Origin: Phycisphaerae bacterium
GTDB taxonomy: Bacteria; Planctomycetota; Phycisphaerae; FEN-1346
DNA length: 46,899 bases
Direction of reading: 5' to 3'
NCBI GenBank assembly: GCA_035528235.1
Contig: DATKZB010000134.1
Location: 1-46,899 of the forward strand
The notes under the pieces are model-generated. The model was not told the DNA's origin, ran no database searches, and was given only the letters and a program-made list of their open reading frames with translations. Positions 34,060 to 42,730 of this stretch are shown one piece after another; position 1 is the first letter of the stretch; every line of letters starts with the position of its first letter. The translations under genes were made by a program, and so were the position numbers.

Positions 34060-34833
34060 TCATCCACCGCCGTTCGGCGCACCGCCGCAGAAGCGGCAGG
34101 CCGGGTCGCGCCGCCGCCGGATCGTCCGATACGTCCCCGCCAGACCGTCGTATACGCCCAGGCGATGGGCCATGTTCTCGCCCGCGGCCAGGAGGATCTT
34201 GACGGCCTCGACGGCCTGGAGCGTGCCCAGGACGCCCGCCACGGCGCCGAGGATGCCGACCTCGGCGGCCGTCGGCACCTCGTCGCCCGGCGGCTCGGGC
34301 AGCAGGCACCGGTAACACGGGCTCGCTTCGGCGGGGATGACGCTGAGCAGTTGCCCCTCGAACCGCAGGACCGCGGCCGAAACGAGCGGCCGCCCCTGGC
34401 GCCAGCACGCGTCGGCCACAACGAACCGGGTCGGGAAGTTGTCGGTGCAGTCGAGGACCAGGTCGGCCCCGCTCAGCAGGTGCGGGGCGTTGTCGACCGT
34501 CACGGGGTCGGCGACGGTCTCGACGCGGCAGTCGGGGTTCAGGGCGCGGACGGCCCGCTCGGCCGAGGCGGCCTTCGGCCGGCCGACGTCGGCAGCGCGG
34601 TGAAGGATCTGGCGGTTCAGGTTCGACGGGTCGAGCCGGTCGGGCTCGATAATGGTCAGCCGCCCCACGCCCGCGGCCGCCAGGTAGAGGATGGCCGCCG
34701 ACCCCAGGCCGCCGGCGCCGACGACGACGACGCGGCCGTCCAGGAGCCGCCGCTGCCCCGCCTCGCCTACCTGGGCCAGGCGGAGGTTGCGGTCGTAGCG
34801 GGTGCGTTGGTCGGCGTCCAGGTCCGAAGCCAT
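34060..34833 (-). CDS. ThiF/MoeB family E1-like adenylyltransferase (no rhodanese domain)
   Basis: The sequence RYDRNLRLAQVGEAGQRRLLDGRVVVVGAGGLGSAAILYLAAAGVGRLTIIEPDRLDPSNLNRQILH is the family N-terminus. The zinc motifs are CYRC and CRFC. Confidence 0.85.
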   Translation of the reverse strand: MASDLDADQRTRYDRNLRLAQVGEAGQRRLLDGRVVVVGAGGLGSAAILYLAAAGVGRLTIIEPDRLDPSNLNRQILHRAADVGRPKAASAERAVRALNPDCRVETVADPVTVDNAPHLLSGADLVLDCTDNFPTRFVVADACWRQGRPLVSAAVLRFEGQLLSVIPAEASPCYRCLLPEPPGDEVPTAAEVGILGAVAGVLGTLQAVEAVKILLAAGENMAHRLGVYDGLAGTYRTIRRRRDPACRFCGGAPNGGG

Positions 34834-34951
34834 GGGGTCCGAAGCCTCCGGCCGTCGCTGCCGGGGCGGGGCGACGGCAACGACAGATGTCCATTAGAGA
34901 AAGCGGAACAGGCGGCGGATCATCGCCACCGCCCCCGGTGGCGCCGTCGCG

Positions 34952-37900
34952 TCAGGCCGCGGCCGGACGCCGGCGGGCAAAGAAGAGGCGTACCTTCATG
35001 CCCACGCCCACCAGCACCGTCAGGAGGCCCGCCACCGGGAAGATGCCGATCGCCAGCCCGACGACGCCCAGCACGATGAGGGCCGTCGAGACGGCGGCCT
35101 GTGCCCGCAGGCCCACCTCGCGGCCGCGGAGCCACCGCCGCACCAGGGCAATCAGGATCACCAGGACCGCGGCGCCGCCGACGCGCTCGAGACCCTCGAT
35201 GAGCGGCATCGACGCCGAGCGGGCGGTAACCTCGACCTCTCCGCGCGGCACGGTGAACTGGATCAGCGTGCCACGGCGAGGCAGGTCGACGTCGAGGCTG
35301 GCCGCGCCCGCGACGTCGCCCGGTCCGGCAGCGCCGGTCGCCGGCACCAAAGCCAGGATGGTCCCGCCGTGCGTGACGGCGGCGCCGCTGTGCGTCATGT
35401 AGCCCCACGCGCGGCCCCCGGCACCGCCGCCGACCACTGTTCCCCTCGTGGCCGTCTGGGGTTGCTGCTGTCCGGCGCGTTGTTCGAGTTTGCGTTGGTA
35501 CCGTTCGACGACGGCGGCCTGGCTGAGGCCGCGCTGCTGGGGCTCGGCGGCCTGCTTGGCCTTCTCCTGGGCCTTGCCGGCCTTGTCGCCGAGGATGGCG
35601 AAATTGTCGAACATCTGGACCCCGGCCTGGCCGGGCGCCTGGACCTGCTTGCGCTGGAGGTCTTCCACCTGCTTGCTGTCGCGGAATCGGACGCCGACCT
35701 TGCCCTGCGCGGCCTCGGCTTCCTTGTTGGCGAGGGCGTTCTGGTCGAACCAGGCTTCGTTGAATTGCGGCTGGTCGGCCGGCCTGGCCGCCGGCTTCTG
35801 AGCGGATTCCTTCCAGTTGGGCGAGAGGTCCTGGACGAGATTGCGGGCGCGGCGGTTTCGCTGTCCGGCGTAGAGTTCGCGCATGGAGTCGTTGTTATAA
35901 CCCACCTCGTCGCGCTGGGCCTTTTCCTGCGACTCGATCTCGCGGCCGACGCTCTGGAGGATGGTGGCGCTGCTCGAAAGTTCGGTCTGCACGGTCGCGT
36001 TGCCGCGGTAACTTTTTAGGTCCTCCTGGAGCCCCTGGAGCGACTGGCCGACGTTGGCCAGGTTCGACTTGGCCCGCATCTGGGCGAAGGGGTTCTCGGA
36101 CCGCAGCGTCTGCATCAGGCGGTCGGCCACCTTGTTCTGGTACGACAGCAGGCCCGCCTCGAGTGTGCCCGCCTCGGTCACGCGGGTCATCGTGCCGCCA
36201 AAGTCGAACCACACGTGCGTCTCGGGCAGGTACAACTGCACCTGGCTGAGTTCGGCGTTGATGTTGACGGCGCGGACCAGCGGGAACTCGACCGACCACG
36301 CCAGGGCGCCCAGCGACTCGATCCGGCCGCCGTACTTCAGAACGACGGCGTAGTCGAGGTCGCCGGAGGCGGTCTTGACGATGGGGATGCGCACGCGTCG
36401 CGGCGCGGCGGCGTCGTCCATAAGGGTCGGCTTGACCGGCTCGCCGGCCACGACGGCCGTCCAGAGCGCCGCCCCCTGGGGCATCTCGACCTCCAGAAAC
36501 TGCTCGATCCGGTTGTCGATACGATAGACCACCTGGCCGCGGTAGGCGCCGCTGGAGTCCATCACCAAATCCGTCTGCGCCAGGCCGATGCGTGCACCGA
36601 CGGTCTCGACGGCCGCACGTTCCTTCGTCTGGAACGCCAGCCGGGGCGCCTCGGCGCCCGGCGCGACGATAAACGCCTGCGTCATGCCGCCGCGAAGGAT
36701 CCCCGCCACCGCCGCCCACTCTTTCTGCTGGCGGTTCAGCGATTCCAGGCCGTCTTGCTGCGCGATGACCACCTCGTCGCGGCCCGCGCTCTCGATGGCC
36801 ACGTACCGGCGATCGGTCCGGCCCGTCTCGACGACCGGAATCGGCACGTCGTGCGTCCCGGCCGACAGCAGCCGGTCGTTCTCCACCAGGACGCGCAGGT
36901 CGTCCATGACCTCGTCCTGGAGTTCCAGGCGCACCCGCACCATCGCCCCGTCGTCGCCCACGGGGGTAATCGTCTTCTGCCTGAGGAGCGGCACCTGGAT
37001 GCGGGCGTCCTTCATCCAGGCCGGCAGCAGGAACGTGACCTCGCGGACGCCGGCGTTCTTGATGGTCCAGTTGACCAGGATCGTTTCGTCGATCGAGCGG
37101 TCGGTGACCCGCGAGTTGGTGACCGTGAAGCACGCAACGTCCGGCTGGCGGGCCGCCAGGACCAGCCGCCCCGCGTAGTCGGGCCGGGTGTAATGCAGCG
37201 CCAGCACCGCCAGGCCCTTCTGGTCGTTGCTCAGCCAGCTGCTGACCTGTTGCAGGAGCACCCGCTCGATGTTCGCCAGGTCCTCGGTCCGCACGTCGAA
37301 CGCCGGGTCGACCTGCACGACGACGTCGCCCTGCTGCCGCTCGACGTCGAGGACTTCGATGCGCGGCACGGCCGTTTCGAGCGTCTTGGCGTCCTGGCCG
37401 AGTTTGCCCTGGATGACGATGGGGCACTGGCCCTGGACGCCGCCGGCCAGGTAAACGGTCAGGACCTTGCGGCCGCCGTCGTCGGTCAGGGCCCACTCGA
37501 ACGCGCCGGGCGCCAGAACGCGCTCCAGGTCGAGGTCCGGCGGAACGACGAACCGCGCCCAGTACAGCGGCCGGTTCTCGACGCTCAAGGTCGCCCGGGC
37601 CTCCAGGCTCCGCTCGCGCTCGGCCACCCGGACGATCATCTGGACGGTCGCCGACTTGCGCGCCGCCACCGGCTCGGCCGCCAGACGGACCGAGAACGGC
37701 GTGGCCACGAAAGCGTACGCCTGGAACGGCCGGATGCCCAGGGGGCTTTCGACCTCGGCCGCGCCGGCCTGGGGCTTCTTCTTCGTCTCGGCCGGCAGGT
37801 CGTCGCGCCGCACGCCCGTGGTGCCGACCGTCCGCAGGTCGAGCAGCGGGCTGCGCCGGATGACGAGCCGGCCCGTGTGCCGCTGGGCACCCGTCACGCC

Positions 37901-40900
37901 GATGACGGGCACCTCGAACGGCTGCCCGCCGAACGGGGCCGCGCCCTGCCCGGCCTGCTGCCAGATCGAGACCGTGAAATCCTCCGAGCCCTTGGCCCGC
38001 TTGAGCAGCGTCACCGTGACCTCGCGGCGGCCGGCGGCGTCTTTCAGTTCCCAACCGCGGACGTTCGTCCCCTCGACCTTCTCAACGGCGTACCCGGCGG
38101 GGACCTCGACGGTAAAGAAGTCGCGTTCGCCGTGGCGGAACTCGAGGTGGAGCGACCAGACGAGGCGCAGACTGTCTTCCTGGACGTCGAGGACGGCCTG
38201 GGAATCGGCCGTCAGGGTCTGGTCGAGTTGGCCTTCGGCGACCTTCGGCCGCCACTGGACGCCGACCGATCCGTCGGCGCCGAGGGCCGTGCGGATGGCC
38301 TCGCCGGCGGCTTTCGTCTCGTAGACCGCGCGGTCCGACACGCCGCCCAACCGGACCTCGGTGCCGGCGTCGGGCACCGTCAGGGTCAGCGCCGTGGCGG
38401 GGGCGGCCGGCACACGCCCCTCGGTCACGCGCCATCCGCCGCGGCGCGACAACCGCATCCGCACCGCCACGTCCAGGCGGTGCCGTCCCTTGCCCGAGAC
38501 GTACAGCACGACGAACGACCGCTTGGGCGGTTCCTTGGCGTCCTTGCTCTGGGGCGCACTGGGATCGACGTCGGCCACGCTCAGGCGGGCGGGCCGGCCG
38601 TCGAGGTCGGCCTTGGCCAGGACGCCGCCCTCCAGGGGCAGCGGCACCGCCACGTAGTCGTCGGCGTAGACGTCGACGTCGAGGGTGCCCTCGACCAGCA
38701 GGAACTCGTCGCCGCGCAGGGTCGCGCGGAACGCCGCACCCGCCAGCGCGTACGGCGCGGGCGGCGGCTTGGCGCCGATGGGCTTGTCGGGGTACGCCAG
38801 GTTCCACAACTCGACATATTTGTCATACGGAACGAGCAGGCGGCCGGCCTCCTGGATGCCCGTCTTCGACGCCGGGTCGTACGGCAGGATGATGGCGTCG
38901 GCGGGCACCTTGACCGGCTTGGGCGGCGGCACGATCTGGACGACGTACGGCCCGTCCTTCTCCTCGGCCGCGGCCGGGGCGCCCGTCATCAACAGCGCCG
39001 CCGCCACGAGCACCATCCCCGCCGCCACCACCGGCGGCACGAAGGCCCCGCGCACCTTGCCGGCAAACCATCGAACGCAACTGGCCGCCAGGTAGTACGG
39101 TATCAGCACGCACGCCGCGTAGAACGCCCCGTTCACGACCATCGCCAACTCGATGCGGGCCGTGATGACGGGAATCAGCGTCGCCACCAGGCCGACGCCC
39201 ACCACGTACGCCGCCTTGCGCCAGACCCGCTGCGTCGTCAGGGCCACGCCCACCACGATGACCGCCAGCGCCAGTCCCCACGCCAGGGTCTCGATGCGGC
39301 CGCCGTCGGCGACGGTCAGGTCGAGCCGCGGCTCCGACCCGAGGCTGCGGAACGTGACGGCCTCGCCGGTGGGCACCAGGCGGATGTCGAGACTGGCCAC
39401 GCCCTCCAGGGCCCAGGCCTTTCGGAGTTGTTCCTTGGCGATATCCTTCTTGGACACCGGCGCCTTGGCCGGCCTGGCCGGCGCCGTGGTGGCGGTGGGT
39501 GGCGGCGGGGTCGCCGGCGCCGGTTCCTCGGCCGGCTTGGCGTCGGGCTCCGCGGCGGAAGCCGACTCGTCCCCATCCGGTCCGGCCGGCATTCTCTTAT
39601 GAAGGCGGTCGGCATCCTCCTTGCCGCCCGCGACGCGACCGCGCGAGCGCATGCCGCCCGTCCGGCCGTTCTTCTCCCCCTCGGCGCGCTTGAACTCCTC
39701 GCGCGACTCGCCCCCGGCCTCCTCGTCGGCCTCGACGCCCCCGAGGCTGAGCTGCTCCGCCACCTCACGGCCCGGCCTCTGCCCGACATTCTGCACCATC
39801 TGCACCTTGGGAGCCGCCATCTGCGCGGCGCAGCCGCCGAACCCCAGGACGAGACCCAGGGCGCCGTGGTCGAAGTCCACGCCGCCCGACCCGTAGTACA
39901 GCGCCGTGGCCACGTTGGCGACGGCCAGCGGCGGCGGGGCCACCTCGTGCGTCACGACGCTGCCCTCCGAGCGGATGACCTTGTACCCGGTGGGCATGAA
40001 CAGGCGCCACAGCAGGTCGGCCACGGGCACCTCTTCGCCCTCGCCGACCGTGCCGGCGTGCAGCACCAGCCGCGGCGCCGGCACGTCCACGCCGCGCCAG
40101 AAACCCAGCCCCCCGACCGGCGTCTCGTAGACGACCAGCAGGTCGCGGACGGCCCCGGCGGCGGCGGCCGGCAGGTTCAGCAGCATCCGGTCGGCCTCGC
40201 GCTGCGGCTTGATGGGGTCGGAATCGAGCGTGGCCGACCAGAGGGTCGAACCTTTCGGCAGCCGGACCTCCAGGAACAAGGCCTTCGTCCGCAGCAGGAA
40301 CCGCGCCGCCGTCTGGGCCACGCCGTCGGCCGACATGACGGTGGCCAGTTCGGCCCGCTGGATGATGGCCGGCGGCAGGCCCAGCGTCGGGTGCCGCGCT
40401 ACCGACACACGGACCGCTGCCGGGACGCCCACGAACCCGTACGCCCCCAGCAGGCGGCGGCCGGGCTGGTACTCGGCGTCGACCAGTTCGCCGATGTCGA
40501 CCTTGCGCGGATGGGCCGCGATGCGGACGTCGAGTTCCGGGCTGCCCTCGACGGCCACCAGGCCCGACTGGTACGCCACGCCGTCGGCCTCGACGACCGG
40601 CAGGGCGAGGTCCTCGGGTTCGAGTTGGTCGAGCCGCTGCTCGAAGTCGACGGCCAGGCGGACGGTGCCGCTTTGCCGCTCGGCCAGCAGGGCCGTCCAG
40701 CGGCGGCGGGCCGTGTCCTTCTCGCCGACGGTCTCGCTCGTGTACTCCTTGACCGCGACGTCGTCGAGGCCGCGAATGGCCAGCGCGGTGGGCGTGGTCT
40801 CGGGCAGCACCAGCGCCAGCCGACGCGTCCGGGCACCCGCCACGTCGTACACAATCTCGTAGTGCGCCACCAGGACGTCGCGCTCGACGCGGAAGAACGA

Positions 40901-42730
40901 GAACGTCTGGGCGGTGACGCGCGGCAGCGTCCGCTCGACCGTCAGGCGGGCCCGATACGGCTGGCCCTCGTACCGATAGGCCAGGACGGCCGCCACGCCC
41001 GCCAGGCCGTAACGGGTCTTCTCGTTCTCGTCGAGGGGGGTGAGGCCTTCGAGCGTCTCGGGCCGGACGGTCATGTCGTCGCGGGCGTCGACGGCAATGG
41101 CGCCGACGTCGCGGGCCGCGCCGGCCACCGCGAACACGGGGAACTCGGCCGACGTGCCGGCCCACTCGCTGAACCACGTCTTGGGCACGTGAACGGCCGT
41201 GAAGTACACCTGCCGCTCGGTGCCGGCCGGTATGCCGCTGGGGAGCCGCACGTGGACGCGCGCCGTCTGGCCGGCCGCGCCGTACCGCTCGAACGGCACG
41301 GGGTTGCCGTCGGCCCCGGTAACGGCCGTCACGTCCCAGCCGGCGGGTGCCGAGAAGTCGAACGCGAAGAGTTTTTCCTCTTCGGGCACCAGGGCGAAGC
41401 CGCCGCGAACGGTCAGGCCGCCGTCCTCCAGGACGGCCAGCAGGTTGGTCGTGACGCGCAGCCGCGCGGGCGGCCGGACGAACCGCGCCGCCAGTCCGAA
41501 CGCCGCCTGCGGGGCGTAGTACGCCACCACCGGGCGGATGCGGGCCGCGCCCGGCTGGGCCTCCAGCACGGTGGCCGGCAGGGCCTTCGCCAGGACGGCC
41601 GTGTCGATGGGGATGAGGCCCTCGGGCGAGATCGCTTCGGCCTTCAGCCGGTCCTCGACGGCCAGGCCGACCACGGCCACGTGACCGACCACGTCGAGCG
41701 GTTCGAGTTTCGACAGCGCCCACGACGCCAGGTCGGGCGCGGTCCGCACGGCCGACAGGTTCAGGACGACCGTCTCGGTGGTCTCGTCGCGAAGTTGGAC
41801 GTCGAGGATGCGGCGGTCGCCCTCGGTCACGATGGCCCAGCGGGCCAGGTTGGGCGACCGCACGTCGGTTACCTCGAACCCGGCGGGCACCGCGAACCGG
41901 AAGTCGCGGACGGCCCGGTGCAGGATGCCCATCGACACGGTAACGTGCAGCCGCTCGTAGGCCGCCGTCACCTCGTCGAGCAACACGCTGCGGGCCACCA
42001 CGATGCGGTCCTTGCGCAGGAGCCGGCTGTTGAGCGTCATGACGAGCGAGACGTCGCCGCGCTGCGGCAGCACCTCGATGCGGGTGACATCGGCCTTCTC
42101 GTCGAAGACGCGGGTGACGACCGGCGCGCCGGACTTGACCTCGACGTCGCCGGGCACCGTCAGGCGCAGTCGCGCGGCAGGGGGCGTGGGCAGGCGGAAG
42201 CTCAGGATCTGCCGGGCGGCGGTCGTCTGGATCGCCGTCACCATGTCGAGAACGAGCGTGTGCCGGCCCTTGCCCTCGACGAAGAGGGTCAGGCGGCCGT
42301 CGTCGGCCAGGCCGATGGCGGCACCGTGCCCATCGAGGGTGGCGCCGCGCAGGCCCACGCCGCCCACGTCGAGGCCGATGGCGTGCAGGCCGTCCTCCAG
42401 GATGCTGACGACGAGGGTGCCGGTGATTTCGGCCCGTTCGTCGCCGGCCTTGGCGTCGTAGTCGGCCGAGACCACGAGGGCCGCCTGCGGGGGCCGGCTC
42501 TCGGCCTCCTTTTTGGCCTTCGCCAGGAGCGTCTCGTACTGCTCGCGCGACAGGAGGACGCGGTTCGGGTCGCCCTCCAGCAGGGCATTCAGGTCCTCGA
42601 ACGGGACGAAGATCTCGCGGACGATCTTTTCGGGACCGGGACCGGGCGGGGTCGGCGGTTCGGCGAGGGCCGCGGCCGGGCCGGCCAGCGCGGCCAAGAC
42701 GAGCACGAGCATGGGCAGGAGTCTACGCAT
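34952..42730 (-). CDS. Giant envelope protein (2592 aa) of unrecognised family; two tandem paralogous modules separated by a 4-TM cluster
   Basis: The start was chosen at the ATG at 42730 (MRRLLPMLVLVLAALAGPAAALAEPP, a signal peptide). It is preceded by AGGGGGTGA and overlaps the upstream stop. Codon bias is consistent over 7.8 kb. The internal TM cluster is at about 38965-39286. The C-terminal 3-TM cluster is at about 34955-35191. No named domain was recognised by eye. Confidence 0.8.
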   Translation of the reverse strand: MRRLLPMLVLVLAALAGPAAALAEPPTPPGPGPEKIVREIFVPFEDLNALLEGDPNRVLLSREQYETLLAKAKKEAESRPPQAALVVSADYDAKAGDERAEITGTLVVSILEDGLHAIGLDVGGVGLRGATLDGHGAAIGLADDGRLTLFVEGKGRHTLVLDMVTAIQTTAARQILSFRLPTPPAARLRLTVPGDVEVKSGAPVVTRVFDEKADVTRIEVLPQRGDVSLVMTLNSRLLRKDRIVVARSVLLDEVTAAYERLHVTVSMGILHRAVRDFRFAVPAGFEVTDVRSPNLARWAIVTEGDRRILDVQLRDETTETVVLNLSAVRTAPDLASWALSKLEPLDVVGHVAVVGLAVEDRLKAEAISPEGLIPIDTAVLAKALPATVLEAQPGAARIRPVVAYYAPQAAFGLAARFVRPPARLRVTTNLLAVLEDGGLTVRGGFALVPEEEKLFAFDFSAPAGWDVTAVTGADGNPVPFERYGAAGQTARVHVRLPSGIPAGTERQVYFTAVHVPKTWFSEWAGTSAEFPVFAVAGAARDVGAIAVDARDDMTVRPETLEGLTPLDENEKTRYGLAGVAAVLAYRYEGQPYRARLTVERTLPRVTAQTFSFFRVERDVLVAHYEIVYDVAGARTRRLALVLPETTPTALAIRGLDDVAVKEYTSETVGEKDTARRRWTALLAERQSGTVRLAVDFEQRLDQLEPEDLALPVVEADGVAYQSGLVAVEGSPELDVRIAAHPRKVDIGELVDAEYQPGRRLLGAYGFVGVPAAVRVSVARHPTLGLPPAIIQRAELATVMSADGVAQTAARFLLRTKALFLEVRLPKGSTLWSATLDSDPIKPQREADRMLLNLPAAAAGAVRDLLVVYETPVGGLGFWRGVDVPAPRLVLHAGTVGEGEEVPVADLLWRLFMPTGYKVIRSEGSVVTHEVAPPPLAVANVATALYYGSGGVDFDHGALGLVLGFGGCAAQMAAPKVQMVQNVGQRPGREVAEQLSLGGVEADEEAGGESREEFKRAEGEKNGRTGGMRSRGRVAGGKEDADRLHKRMPAGPDGDESASAAEPDAKPAEEPAPATPPPPTATTAPARPAKAPVSKKDIAKEQLRKAWALEGVASLDIRLVPTGEAVTFRSLGSEPRLDLTVADGGRIETLAWGLALAVIVVGVALTTQRVWRKAAYVVGVGLVATLIPVITARIELAMVVNGAFYAACVLIPYYLAASCVRWFAGKVRGAFVPPVVAAGMVLVAAALLMTGAPAAAEEKDGPYVVQIVPPPKPVKVPADAIILPYDPASKTGIQEAGRLLVPYDKYVELWNLAYPDKPIGAKPPPAPYALAGAAFRATLRGDEFLLVEGTLDVDVYADDYVAVPLPLEGGVLAKADLDGRPARLSVADVDPSAPQSKDAKEPPKRSFVVLYVSGKGRHRLDVAVRMRLSRRGGWRVTEGRVPAAPATALTLTVPDAGTEVRLGGVSDRAVYETKAAGEAIRTALGADGSVGVQWRPKVAEGQLDQTLTADSQAVLDVQEDSLRLVWSLHLEFRHGERDFFTVEVPAGYAVEKVEGTNVRGWELKDAAGRREVTVTLLKRAKGSEDFTVSIWQQAGQGAAPFGGQPFEVPVIGVTGAQRHTGRLVIRRSPLLDLRTVGTTGVRRDDLPAETKKKPQAGAAEVESPLGIRPFQAYAFVATPFSVRLAAEPVAARKSATVQMIVRVAERERSLEARATLSVENRPLYWARFVVPPDLDLERVLAPGAFEWALTDDGGRKVLTVYLAGGVQGQCPIVIQGKLGQDAKTLETAVPRIEVLDVERQQGDVVVQVDPAFDVRTEDLANIERVLLQQVSSWLSNDQKGLAVLALHYTRPDYAGRLVLAARQPDVACFTVTNSRVTDRSIDETILVNWTIKNAGVREVTFLLPAWMKDARIQVPLLRQKTITPVGDDGAMVRVRLELQDEVMDDLRVLVENDRLLSAGTHDVPIPVVETGRTDRRYVAIESAGRDEVVIAQQDGLESLNRQQKEWAAVAGILRGGMTQAFIVAPGAEAPRLAFQTKERAAVETVGARIGLAQTDLVMDSSGAYRGQVVYRIDNRIEQFLEVEMPQGAALWTAVVAGEPVKPTLMDDAAAPRRVRIPIVKTASGDLDYAVVLKYGGRIESLGALAWSVEFPLVRAVNINAELSQVQLYLPETHVWFDFGGTMTRVTEAGTLEAGLLSYQNKVADRLMQTLRSENPFAQMRAKSNLANVGQSLQGLQEDLKSYRGNATVQTELSSSATILQSVGREIESQEKAQRDEVGYNNDSMRELYAGQRNRRARNLVQDLSPNWKESAQKPAARPADQPQFNEAWFDQNALANKEAEAAQGKVGVRFRDSKQVEDLQRKQVQAPGQAGVQMFDNFAILGDKAGKAQEKAKQAAEPQQRGLSQAAVVERYQRKLEQRAGQQQPQTATRGTVVGGGAGGRAWGYMTHSGAAVTHGGTILALVPATGAAGPGDVAGAASLDVDLPRRGTLIQFTVPRGEVEVTARSASMPLIEGLERVGGAAVLVILIALVRRWLRGREVGLRAQAAVSTALIVLGVVGLAIGIFPVAGLLTVLVGVGMKVRLFFARRRPAAA

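Noticed and set aside
33847-35079. 410-aa plus-strand ORF and the 282-aa minus-strand ORF 34046..34894
   Set aside because: They overlap the MITE-like repeat and the ThiF/MoeB gene. The ThiF/MoeB frame (34060..34833) has the nucleotide-binding and CxxC motifs.
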